Shown piece after piece: positions 1-11,164 of a DNA stretch of 64,000 nt. The notes under the pieces were generated by a model. The model worked only from the letters and a program-made list of their open reading frames with translations. It was not told the DNA's origin and ran no database searches. The stretch is from contig OZ237761.1 of the NCBI GenBank assembly GCA_965178125.1, positions 496,001 through 560,000 of the forward strand, in the 5' to 3' direction. The stretch comes from Bilabrum cf. latius (Eukaryota). How positions within the stretch are numbered: the stretch's first letter is position 1; the number at the start of each line of letters is the position of its first letter. The position numbers were made by a program, and so were the translations under genes.

Positions 1-3000
1 AGTCGGCTCCGCCAGCAAATGCGCCTTGCACGTCCTCCATAGCCTCGATTCGCTCCAGCACCTCCGTCCACTCCTCATCATTGGCTCGGGCCTGAACAGG
101 GGCAGAGCCGAAGGCCCGGGGGTCTACGAGTTTCGGAGGCGAGCGAATCGCGTCGGGGAGCAGGCATTGGCAGGAGGTGCGGAGGGCGGACAGCGGCCCA
201 GTACGGTCGCCCGGCTCAGCAGATCGACGCAGCGATGCACCAGCATCAGCTGCAAGCGAATCTCCACCCGTGGAACCGCCATCGCTGACCATGGGATGAG
301 CAGTTGCCAAAGCCGCAGGCACCGAATCACCGGATCCACCCGAGCTGCCTCTACCCCTAGAGTGCGAAAACGACATGGATGCATCGTCCGGCAGGGGCTA
401 CAGCCGCATGCTACCCGACGGAGCCCGCCTTCTCCGGTGAGCGGGCTTGCCTGCCGCTGGCCCGTGGGAGCCCTCGTCTGACGTGGAAGTGCCGACGGAG
501 GAGCTAGAGACACCGGGTGACGAGACGCACGCCCCGAGACCGAGACTCGGCGAGGCTGCTTCCGCATCGCCGCGGGCTTGCCGCAGCTCAACGGATTCCT
601 TTCTGCCTAGCCGTCGCACTGCGGCAGCGGTGGTCGTACCTTCCTGCATGGAGGGCGATGACGAAACACCTGCCGACTGCTGCGAGCCAGCAGATCCCGA
701 GGAGACAGGTCTGCCACTCGTGAACCCGCTGCCAAGCCTAGGCTCAAGCTTGTCGTGGCGTGCAGGGCCCATGAGATCACGGAGTACGCCAGGACCGCGC
801 CTCTCAGCATCGGCGTTTGCGCGAATCGGCCCGGCGTTGGAACCCAGGGCTCGAAGCGTGCTACGCTTCGACCTTGGCGAGGGCATCTGCTTTGCGACCG
901 CAGGTGCCGGGCCCTTGGGGGGGCGCAGTCCGCGGCTCTCCTTGCTAGCCGTTGCGCTGCGACCGATGCTTAGTGGGAGCCCCCTGCGTGATCCCCGGGG
1001 ACTCGTCGGCGCAGACCTAGCAATGGGGCTCGAGGCAGGGCCAGAGCCGCTGCTCTTTACGGAGGAGTCTTCCCCGCTGGATGGTCTGCTCGCGGTCTTG
1101 CCGTCCCTTTGTCCCTGCCGCAGAGAGGCGGGCAGCCTTATGCGAGCACGAGCAGCTGCACGCCCAGCGCCGGACTGTGGGCTGCTGTCGGCAGATTTGG
1201 CACCGCTCGCAGGAGCACCACTCCTGATCCGGATCCGCTGGCCCAGGCCAGGCCGCCTGCCTCCAGGGTGTGCCTGGTTGAGAGGCGGAGAAGGGCGACC
1301 GGTCGGTCCAGCAATGCCGACATTGGAATGGTTGGCTTTGGGGGCTTCTGTGGCCGCCCCTGGCACCACCCCGCGGGCTCGCCTCGCGACCACGCGCCTC
1401 GCCCTCCTACCCGTCCTCTGCTCCGCGACAGAGGCGCTGTCGTCGCTGTCGTCAGAGGCGGCGCTCCCGCCTGCCATCGAGTCCGCGTCGTGATCGGACT
1501 GGTCTCTCCCAAGCCGCACTAGCACAGACTCTGCCTCCATGGCTGAGTCGGTCTCACCTGCTTCCGACTCCCCCCGGATGCCAACCAGATCCGGATCGAT
1601 TGGGGGTGAGGGTCCCGCAGCAGATGCCCCCCCTAGTGCAGGGGTTGCAGCTGCCTCGCGATCGCCACCGTCAGAATCGCCGTCATCTGCCATGTCCAAC
1701 GCGCCGTCTGCATCCTCTGCCGCACTCCTCGCCAGGCTGCTGAGGCTACTCTCTCCGCCCAGGCTACCTCCATCGTCACTGCCAGCCTCAACGTCCTCCC
1801 CATCCAGGGGGGGGGCGTCTGCATCTTCACCCGGCTCAGCCGCTTCGCCCTCAAGATCGATTGACTCACCGTCGTTGGTGTCGCCCGCGATAACGACCTC
1901 CTCGCCCTCCTGATCGACGGTGCCAGCGCCTGCCCCTGCCCCAGCACCGGCCTGATCGTCACCACTCGCGCCCTGGGGGCCACCTCCTATCGTTGCCGCA
2001 GCCCCAGCCGCGAGCAGGTCCTCCTCCTCTTCTTCGTCACTTTCACCTCCAGAGCCTACCCTGCCCCACGGCTTGCCGCTCGTCGGGGCGATGGCGTCCT
2101 TCTCTGCCTGAGCCAAGGCCTGATGCACCTTGATGATCGCGGTCTCGGCAGTGCCAGCCGGGTCACTGCCTGTGCTGTCACTCAAGGCAGCAGCGGGTGC
2201 AGCCCCGTCTCTCAGCAAATCCTCCTGTTGCTGCCGCTGCTGCAGAGTCCTTGCGATTGCCACGCGGGACCAAGCACCCGGCAAGGGATACGGGTATTCG
2301 TCGGGGACGGCCCAGTATCGGTACGAGTCTAATCGCAGGCCGGCAGGCCCCACCGCCACACCAGGCATCGCCCTATTGGAATGTTTGCCCGCCCTCCGCT
2401 GCTACTCCTGCACGACCAGCGAGGCTGCCTTATTCTGCTGCGACCCACGAACTGGCCACTCGAGCGCAAAATCGATAAAGCCAGCAGAGTCCATGGCGTG
2501 TGAACTGCTGCTGGATGGCGCCAGGCCGCCAAGAGCACTTTCATGTTCGTCGGGCCCGACTGCTACAGGGTCAAGGTCAGGAAGGTCTGCTCGTCCGGCC
2601 GGGAGAATCGCCCCGAATGCTACCAGCGGGCGAGGAATGCCAGCATTGCTCAGGCGCAGCAGAGCAGCTGCAGCCATCTCTGCCGCGCCGGCCAGCCGCC
2701 CCGTGCCAAACGAGCCGCCCAGCACGCCAGGAAAACCCACAGCGTATCTGTTCTCGCTCCCACCGCCACCATCCCCTGTACCTTTGCTTGACGCGCCTAC
2801 CTTGTTTGCCTCCTTCTTCTTGGCTCGAAGAGATGAGGCCCGGAGCCGGGCGCGGCCAGCAACGGTGCTGCCCTTGGCCTTGGATGCTGGTCCGCTGCTC
2901 TTGCCAACAGCCCCAGAGCCCGCGCGGCCGCGCTTGCCGGCGATTCTAGGAGACACGGAGCGCTTGCTCCCAGACCCGGAGCATTTGCTGCTGGGAGCAG

Positions 3001-5762
3001 CTGTCGCGCCCGCAGAACTTCCCGCCTGCTTTTTGGCAGCGGGAGCGGCCGGGCCTGCCTTCCTTGACGGCTGTCCCTGCTTCTTGCCACTGCCACTGCC
3101 GCCTCCTTTTCCTGCAGCCCCAGCGCTCGCCCTCCTCCCCCTAGCACTGCTGGCGACACCGGCAGCTTTCGGGATAATTAGAAGCGGGCGGCTGACCAGC
3201 CCAGGGCGCAGTGTCATCGGGACCTTCTCCTGCCTGGCGACGTAGTCGGCGCCTGCTGCCGTTCCTGCAAACAGAGCCCAGAGAGCTGGAAAGGCCCCTG
3301 CCATCCAAGCGGCCGGCAGCGCAGACGATCTACCCGAAGTGAGCAGCAACAATCGCGCAGCAGACACAGCGGCCGACGGGACGCCACCGTACCTTACGAT
3401 GGCCCGCGCTGCGAGGAGCGGCGCTGCGTCAGCCGGTGCTTGCCATGCGCACCGCACCCACGATGCTCCGCCTGATGACGACGAAAACGTCGATCCAGGA
3501 CTCGAACGAACGCCAAATCCGCCGCGGCCATCGGCCATTGCCGCTCCATCTGCACCCGACTGAGAGCTACCGCCAGACACACCCCCTGAAGCAGTCACCC
3601 TGCCACTCATGCTTCTCGACAATCCGAGCGAGTTCCGAATGCTGGTAGGCTGAGAAGTCGATCGAACAAGCTGCTCCGTTGCTCGGGCAGACCAACGGAT
3701 CAGTGTACCCGCGAGATCAAGCGCAGCTGCAACTACCTCCGCCCCCATGCCGCCCTTGGGCGGCGTGCAGCTCCCCTGCAGGGACTGCAGGAGCTCTCCA
3801 TCGCTGCTGCTGCTGCTTATCCCCCCTACCACCACACCGCCTACGACACCGCCCATACCTTTGCCTGTGGCTCCGGCAGATGGCGATGCGAATGACGACC
3901 GCCCCAGCCGCAACTGCACGTGCGCCTTGGCTATCCCAAGTGCCACAAGCCTGGCGTGCCAGGGCCCAACGATGGCCCGGTGACGCAGGCCATCTATAAA
4001 TTTGCCTTTGGCATCCCTGTCGCTACTACCTCCCACCCTCCCATCTCTGCCCCTGCCACTTTGTCCAACCCCAGTGCCACCCAACACGCTCCCCGCGACA
4101 GCCCTCCGCACCGCAACATCCTGTCCAATCAATCCATCCAGGGAGCCGTCCATCGAGGCGCCGCGCGCATCCCTCGCCGCCCTGGCCACATCGAGCACTG
4201 CAGCTCTGCGCACGGCCCACGGGGGCACCTGACCCCCCTGCACCAGCCAAGCGAGCGGGTTCCTCTGCGAGAACGAGTCTTGCGGATTCAGGTGCTGGTG
4301 CATCCGGGAGGCAGCCACGATTGCACGCGGGCTTTGGCGCCACCCGTGTGCTGCCTCCACGGATCCCTGGGCCTCCGACGACGAAGGAGGCAGGGACGGT
4401 CCTGCAAAACTGAAGGATCCGGTTCTAGGGCTGCTGCTACCGGCGCTCCCTAACTCGGGTCCAGGTCCAGGTCCAGGTTCAGGTTCAAGTCCAGGTCCAA
4501 GGGGTCGGCTTGCACTCGCCCGTGGCGAGTCCAATACGTGCTGCAACGGGCTGCCGTTCAGTATACGCAAAGCTCCATCTGCTGCAGTTGCCAGCGGCGG
4601 ATGCGGGGGCAATTCTGCCCGGAGTATTCCGAGCACTTTTGCGACCAATCCCTTGCGGAGCACCTGCTTGATGTTCGTCTCGTTCCTCTCGACGAAGAGC
4701 CCTAGGAGGCGAAGCGACAATTTCTGCAGGGTTTTGCGGACGCCCCTGATGGCTCCTGATGGCATGGCGTCTACAGGAAGCAGAGGACTATCAGGAATCT
4801 CCACGGAAGTGGCAGCAGCAGCAGCAGCCCCGGCCTCTGCCCCCTTTCCATCCGGGGAGGCAGCAGCCGACGATGATTTGCCTTTACCTTTGCCTTTGCC
4901 CTTTGCCCCTGAGGAAGATGACTTCTTGCCTGCGTTCGCAGCGAAGATCCTGCGCTCCCTCATCGCCTGCGCCTCCTCAACCAAGATGCCATCGCGGACC
5001 ATCTCGTCCGAAGAGGCCTGATTCAGCACGGTGAGGAGGGCGTCGAAAGAGCCCTCTAGGCGAGCAATTAGGGCGATACTGGTGTTACCGCCCTTTCCGC
5101 CGCCACCCCGTCCTTTCCGGGACCTGGCCAGCCGTTTCACCAGCCGCTTCGGCATGCCCTTCGCTCCCTTTCGACCCCCCTTCGACTTGCCGCCCGAGGA
5201 CTCATCGGCGGCTGCACTGCCAGATGTGGCGCTCTTCTTGCCTCCAGAATGGACTACACCAGCAAGGCGCGCTCTTGCGGCCCTATGGCACAATGGAAGG
5301 AGCGAGTGGAGCAGTCTAGGCCTCCTCGAATTGGCAGCCAGGATTGTCAACAGTTTTCGCAGGCCACAATCTCTCTCCAAGGCGTGCTGGCGCTTTGCTG
5401 CAGCAGAAACGCAAGAGGGATGCAGGCGAATCGATCGGAGACGAATGGAGCGTCACGGCGAAGCGACGCGTAGTTTCAAGCACTGTCGTAAGCTGCGTCT
5501 CACTCTCAGTCTGTGTCAGTCTCTCGAGCACCTGGCAAGTTAGGGTCATGACGTCAATACTACCTGCAGCTACATCTGGCCTGGCCATGCTGAGAGAGAG
5601 GCATAGCCTCTCTACTGCGCCAGCTCTTACCAGGGCCTACTTTCCCTTGACTGTCAAAACCAAATCTGCAATGGACTACAAACCACTGAGTACCACAGCA
5701 AGCGAGCTGGAGGGAAGCTAGAGTAATAATCCGCGAGTCTGATCGTCTTGCGAGGAGGCCAT
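1..5762 (-). CDS. Large protein with ARM-like N-terminal helical repeats and long low-complexity regions (3' end runs off the window)
   Basis: ATG at 5762 is in frame with ORF 5316..5588 via TAGs at 5718, 5676 and 5637 (MASSQDD...KGK*ALVRAGAVERL). A probable intron at ~5387-5456 (boundaries uncertain) joins ORF 2402..5380. TAG at 2402 joins ORF 398..2368 in frame, and after TAG at 398 the frame stays open to base 1. Confidence 0.7.
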
Positions 5763-5913
5763 GCCGCCCCTCTGCACGGAGAGATCCGTGTCTCTTGAAA
5801 ATGTGTCAACCGTAGTGGCGCTGCGCATTCGGCCGTGGTCGAGGTTCCGCAAATGCAAGTTGCTGATGTGACTGCACCAATCAGCGCACTTCGTTCAGCC
5901 GGACTGCTCTGAC

Positions 5914-7530
5914 ATGAGAGTCAATGCAATAGCATCAACGCTGTTAGCACTATTGAGTGTATCTACTCACGTTTTTGCATCACAAGGCCCGGGCGTGCGA
6001 GCCACACTAAGCAGCCGCGGGCTGTCGTACATGGCAGCCCAGGCCAAAGAGCTTCTGATCGAAAAGTTCTCTGATTTTAGCGTTCCTGGCATGGAATCAA
6101 CGCATAAGTCTGTTCAGGTCACGGTAGGAACGGTGACTTGCTCTGGTTTTCGGGTTGGCAAGCTAGACTTCTCGGTTGTTCCGAACCAGGGCTTGCGAGG
6201 TTCGATTTCTGGGCTGGCTATCAAGTGCCAGGCTTCGTGCAAGGCCCGAGAAAAAATCTGGCCGCATCCATACGTGAAAGGCACGTGTGAGGTGACAGCA
6301 GATGCTGGCCAAGCCTCCATTACCCTAGATGTCGGGCGGAATGCGTCGACCGGCCTGCCAACAGTGCGCTCTCCGCAAGCGTCTGTCTCGTTGGGAACTC
6401 TCAAGATCAAGCTCCACGGATCTTTCTGGAGCTGGCTCGTCAACTTTTTCCTCGGTCTATTCAAGGGCAAGATCAAGGACAGCATCACGGGCAACATAGG
6501 CCCGACGGTTCAGTCGTTCGTCAACGACGACTTGAATGGCATGCTGCAGAACATCGACGTGAACCTGCCCTTGAAGTTCAAAGCCCCGTACGACATCGCC
6601 GCGGTGCGATTCGGCCTCACCAAGACGCCTACGTTCGGGAAGGACTTTGCCGCCTTTGACCTGCAGGGGGACGTCTACGACATCCGGGAGCCCGGGGCCC
6701 AGCAGCCGTTCGTGCCTCCGCCCATCCCGCAGACGAGCAACCTGAGCTCCACCCACTACCTGGCGGGCTTTCTGTCGGGGTACACGTTGGAGACAGCCGC
6801 GTGGGTTTTCCAGCGCGCCGGGCTGCTCAAGCTCCCCGTGAACCACGACGTGGTGCCTGCCAGCTTCCCCGTCGCGCTCAACACCACGGACCTGGCGGCA
6901 GCCGCCCCCGAGCTGCTCGTCAAGTACCCGGGCATGTGGGTGGACGTGAATGTTTCACTGGCCACCAACACGTCGATCAGCTTCCAGAAAGGGCTGGCAG
7001 AGCTGTCTGCCCCCATCGAGCTGGTGTTTGCCGTGGAGGACACGGCGGGTCGCTCGGGAGGGGCCTGGGAGCACGTGCCCGTGTTCACGCTCGGCTGCAA
7101 CATGAGCACTGCGCTGTCGATCGACATCCAGCAGGAGGGCTACAACCAGACGCTCAGGGGCAACCTCAGCTACCTGGAGTGCCCCGTGCACGTGGTGTCA
7201 TCCAACGTCGGCAACGTATCCGTTGGGCTGCTCAAGTCATTGGTGGACTTCCTGCTGCCCGATGTGGTGCTCCCAGCAGTGAACATCCTCTTCAACGCCG
7301 GGCTGCCGCTCCCGCGTGCCGACGGGCTGGCGCTGACCCACACGTTTGCCGGCTTTGACCAGGGCTTTGTGCAGCTGGCCTCTGATTTCACCTGGAACCC
7401 CGACGGGGGTCTGGTGTCCAAGGGCGAGGGGCCTGCCCACGGGGCCGGCCTGCCAGTGCAGCTGCATGGAGGCAGGGTGCAGGAGCAGGGGTGGGAGGGG
7501 CTCTAGCTTCGAGGGGCAAGGGGGTGGTGA
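5914..7530 (+). CDS. BPI/LBP/CETP-family lipid-binding protein, secreted
   Basis: Signal peptide followed by GPGVRATLSSRGLSY, typical of the BPI N-terminus; two-domain length (~530 aa). TAG at 7504 read as sense gives ...EGL*LRGARGW then TGA at 7528-7530. Confidence 0.8.
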
Positions 7531-7861
7531 CAATGGTCAACGAGCTGTGCTGCTCTTGCAGGTACTTTAGTAGTGGCAGCTATGTACCGGCAACAACATC
7601 ATTCGCTCATGAGAGGCGTTTGGCCCGGATGTGAGCATGCGCGTGCTGCTAGGCAGGTGCGACCGCAGTCGTCCCACGGATCGCTCCGATTGGATGGCTG
7701 CGGCGATGCACCGCTACGCACGAGATGCTGCGCAATCTTTTGTTTTGGATTGGCGTACAAACACATTTAGTGGTCCGACTGATACTACCGTATTCATATG
7801 CTGGCCGTCAGCGAAGTCAGGTTGGTTGCGTGAACTTGAATATCAGTCACAATCAGCATCA

Positions 7862-8370
7862 TCAAGTCGTGCCGGCTGCTTCTGCGTTCGGATCCTATAC
7901 CACGATAAGAAGAAACTCCTTGTCAGGGGCTACCAGAACTTCATTCTTCCTCGATCGAACTCGCAAAAACGTAAGCTCGTTCGTACTATCCACGTGCCTC
8001 ACAGCACTTCGTGCCGAGGAGCAGAGCTGCAAGGTGCGATAAAATCCGATCAATTTGGATTGCTAGTCTCAACTACATCATGGTGAGCAGGCAGCAACTT
8101 GAGGGAGCAAACGCATGCATCTCACGGATGAAAACAGATCAGCATATTTCTTAGTAAGCTCGGACGACATCGTGCTTCGCAGAGGCACGCCATCGTAGTT
8201 AACAATCAAAATTCCTTCAACGCCCCGATGGGACTGGATTCTGCGTAGTGTCTCCTCAACCTCGGCAGCCTGCGTGCACAGGAACTAGTTCGACGATACA
8301 TAGGTTGGCGTGCTGCAGCCGAGCAATTACTTCATGTTGAAGGGAGGGCAGCGATCAAAACTCTTACCAT
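7862..8370 (-). CDS. DYNLRB: Dynein light chain roadblock/LC7 (3 exons; absent from the ORF track)
   Basis: Exons 8370-8368 (ATG only), 8269-8126 and 8026-7862; GT-AG introns 8367-8270 and 8125-8027. Protein: [102 protein letters not shown], collinear with roadblock (…[27 protein letters not shown]). TAG at 7895-7897; TGA stop. Confidence 0.95.
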
Positions 8371-8513
8371 TGTTAATTTGCGAAGCAGTTGTAGTCGTGA
8401 ACGGTTCAATTTGAAGCATTTGCTAAATTGGAAATCCGTTGGGAAATGCACGTTACCTTCAAGCAAAAATGCAGACAGCTGGGCCGAGGCAGCCTGTTCA
8501 ACCCTGATCAGGA

Positions 8514-9878
8514 TCACTCCTCTTCCCCAGCTGCCTCAGATTTTGACTCCTGCCCCGCGTGCCACGAGGTCTTCACTCCCTTCGCCTTCGCTTCCTCGTG
8601 CCTCCTCGTGTGCTTGTTGTGGTGCACCAGCTCCCACCGGTCCATCCACGGCCCCACGATCCGGGTATCGAACGCGGGATCCTCGTCCTCTCCCCCTGTT
8701 TCTCCACCCTCGCCCGCGCCCCCTGCCTCTGCTGTCCCAGCGGCGATGGCCTTCTCCTCTGCCTCCTTGAGCCGGGTCTCTGTCCGAGCCCGGCTGGCCT
8801 CGCTCCCCAGCATCGCGTCCTCCTGCTTAACCTGCCGATCGTCCACGCCCCACTCGTCCCACCTCGGCACAAACGGCTCCGAATTATCCTTCCCCTCCCC
8901 CTTCTCGCCACCCGAAGCAGCAGCAGCATCACCCCCCCCCCCCCCGGTGGGAGGCAGCACGGGGAGACACTCCTTGATCCCGTAGAACCCCGTGGGGAAA
9001 TCGCTCCGCTGCCACCGAAGGTCAAGGGACCAGCGGATCCCGTCGCTCTTGTTTGCAAGGGAGCGGTGTGGGATCAGGTTGTTGAGAAGCAGCACGCCGC
9101 CCACCGGCACAGGGCACGTCACCACGTCCCTCTTTTGATCGCAACCGATCCGCTCCACCTCACCGGGGGCGATCTCGACGTACCACGTCCCGCCCACGCA
9201 GCACGTGTGCTTGCACTCGATCCCCGAGCGGTGCCCCCTCTTGAGGACCTGCATGCAGCCGTTCTCCTCGTTGGCGTCCACGAGTGGCACCCAGGCAGTT
9301 GCCTGCAGCGGGATCGGATCACCTGCGGGGATGCCCTCGAGGTAGGCGCTGTCCTGGTGCCAGGGAACAACAGCCTGCTCCTGCCCGGGAGTTTTGGTGC
9401 GCAGGTTCCAGACCGGGTACGCCGATATGCCGTGCTTCGTGCCGACCAGCTGCCGCGCCACGCCCATGAGCGGCTCGCTGCCCCACAGCTTCGCAATTCC
9501 TTCTGGGAGTATTCCCTTCTTGTGCAGCAGGACAGAGGCGTTCGGGAACTGCTTCTCGATTTCAATCAGTCGCCGCTCCAACGGTACGTCCTCGCAAAGA
9601 TCCTTGATCTTCCCAGCTGCTTGCAGCTCGCGCGCCAGGGTATCCACAACGTCTGACACAGCCTTCTTGGCGCCTTCAATGAGATCTCCATCGATAATTT
9701 CGCGAGAAATCACGACATAGCCGTCTTCGTAGAATTGCTTCACCTCTGCTTCCGTGAGCGGACCGGCCTCCGGGTCGTACGGAACTGTCCAAGCCGCCAC
9801 ACGGTCAGCTAGCTTCATCGTGGCAGTATCGCCAACCTTGTTCGGAGCAGATCTGCTTGATCCCGCAGCTGACGCCAT
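8514..9878 (-). CDS. Phytanoyl-CoA dioxygenase (PhyH)-family Fe(II)/2OG oxygenase
   Basis: QFYEDGYVVI, VPWHQDSAY (HxD), ATAWVPLVDANEENGCMQVL, PHRSLANKSDGIRWSLDLRW. Likely start is ATG 9878 (MASAAG); ends TGA at 8514. Confidence 0.88.
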   Translation of the reverse strand: MASAAGSSRSAPNKVGDTATMKLADRVAAWTVPYDPEAGPLTEAEVKQFYEDGYVVISREIIDGDLIEGAKKAVSDVVDTLARELQAAGKIKDLCEDVPLERRLIEIEKQFPNASVLLHKKGILPEGIAKLWGSEPLMGVARQLVGTKHGISAYPVWNLRTKTPGQEQAVVPWHQDSAYLEGIPAGDPIPLQATAWVPLVDANEENGCMQVLKRGHRSGIECKHTCCVGGTWYVEIAPGEVERIGCDQKRDVVTCPVPVGGVLLLNNLIPHRSLANKSDGIRWSLDLRWQRSDFPTGFYGIKECLPVLPPTGGGGGDAAAASGGEKGEGKDNSEPFVPRWDEWGVDDRQVKQEDAMLGSEASRARTETRLKEAEEKAIAAGTAEAGGAGEGGETGGEDEDPAFDTRIVGPWMDRWELVHHNKHTRRHEEAKAKGVKTSWHAGQESKSEAAGEEE

Positions 9879-9997
9879 TGTGAGACCAGAGTCAGACTTG
9901 CCTGGGTGATATATGAGGAAGAAAATCATGCACAGAGTTGCACTTGGACCGGTTCTAACCATTAGCGCGTCGAATCCTGCCGCACGGTCTAGTAGCG

Positions 9998-10978
9998 ATG
10001 CGAGTGATGCAAACGTTACCAATTATTGCAATTATATATTCTGCATGCACTTTTGCCCAGGGTCCTTCATCGCTTCGATACAGGGTCGGCATGGAGCCGT
10101 GCTCCCCGGCTGGATCGCAACGATTTTTCATTCAGCCGCCTAGTCTGTACGAGAGAACTAAAATACAGATGCAGCAGCAGCCCGGAGATTGTTTGCACAG
10201 GTCCAATGAATCTGGCGTGATCGATGCGTGGGACTGCGAGCAGACAGGAGGGAGCTACGCGAGCGTGGTGTGGACGCACTACCCGAACGGGACCATCGTG
10301 TCGACGACAGACGGGCAATGCATCACTGCAGGCGCTCGGACCCTGGAAACTAGCACATGTTCGAACGGAACGGACCCGCACGGCGTCGCTGCTGCCCAGA
10401 ATTTCACCGTGGATGCCATGGGTCGCATCTCACCCAGCTCGGCCCCGGGCAGCTGCATCTTCGTTAATTTGAGCAGTCCTGAGCCAACTCCGACGCCGGG
10501 GGGTGCCAACGTCATCGGCGATACGTGCAAGTCGGGTTCTCCGAAGCAGGCATGGGAGATTGTGGGCGGGCGGGGGGCGAGCGGTGGCAACGTGTCGCTG
10601 TGCGTGACAGAGCCTCAGGGGGCCCTCAGGCACTGCCTCGCGGTGTCACTTCGCAGCACGGGTGGATCTCACGGGCCCAACGTGGTCGCAGCTGCCTCCA
10701 ACGACACGGGTGTGATACCCGTGGAGTGGTCGCTCAAGACGAGCGGGGGCAACACGACCGTGGTGCCATCCAGGAACTTCAAGTGCCTGGGGTCCTACTC
10801 GCAGGACGATTGCGACTGCGTCAACCTGACGCACAGCACGGACGAGCCGCAGCCGGGGGTCAATGCAGAGCTGTGGCAATGCGACGAGCCGACGGATTCC
10901 ATGGTCTGGCAGTACGATGCGAGCACCAAGCACCTGCAGAGCCCGTACGGAAATCTGTGCCTGGAGGCAGTGTTCTGA
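9998..10978 (+). CDS. Secreted ricin B (R-type lectin) domain protein
   Basis: Hydrophobic N-terminus; Cys/QxW-type repeats (CKSGSPKQAW, AELWQCDEPTDSMVWQYDASTKHLQSPYGNLCL); ends TGA. Confidence 0.7.
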   Translation: MRVMQTLPIIAIIYSACTFAQGPSSLRYRVGMEPCSPAGSQRFFIQPPSLYERTKIQMQQQPGDCLHRSNESGVIDAWDCEQTGGSYASVVWTHYPNGTIVSTTDGQCITAGARTLETSTCSNGTDPHGVAAAQNFTVDAMGRISPSSAPGSCIFVNLSSPEPTPTPGGANVIGDTCKSGSPKQAWEIVGGRGASGGNVSLCVTEPQGALRHCLAVSLRSTGGSHGPNVVAAASNDTGVIPVEWSLKTSGGNTTVVPSRNFKCLGSYSQDDCDCVNLTHSTDEPQPGVNAELWQCDEPTDSMVWQYDASTKHLQSPYGNLCLEAVF

Positions 10979-11164
10979 GTCTTGCAACACCATTTGTATC
11001 GGATTGATCTTGCCCAATGTGTCATGCAATGACTGCATTCCATCCGCACCAGATCCGCACTCACCATTGGATGCTTCGCGGAACCTCTCGAATTTCAAGT
11101 TGCGCGGCGACACTTTTGCTGGGTGGAGGTGCCCAATAGATCGCTTGCATCTCAGGCTTGTATC

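Noticed and set aside
447-3245. Long plus-strand ORFs (447..1493, 2130..3245) and similar antisense ORFs across the window
   Set aside because: They are shadow ORFs of GC-rich genes on the opposite strand or frame, with no recognisable motifs.
7631-8086. Plus-strand 151-aa ORF
   Set aside because: Antisense to the well-supported spliced roadblock gene.
9879-10022. N-terminal extension of the PhyH ORF to 10022
   Set aside because: Non-ATG start that overlaps the divergent lectin gene start; ATG 9878 is more plausible.
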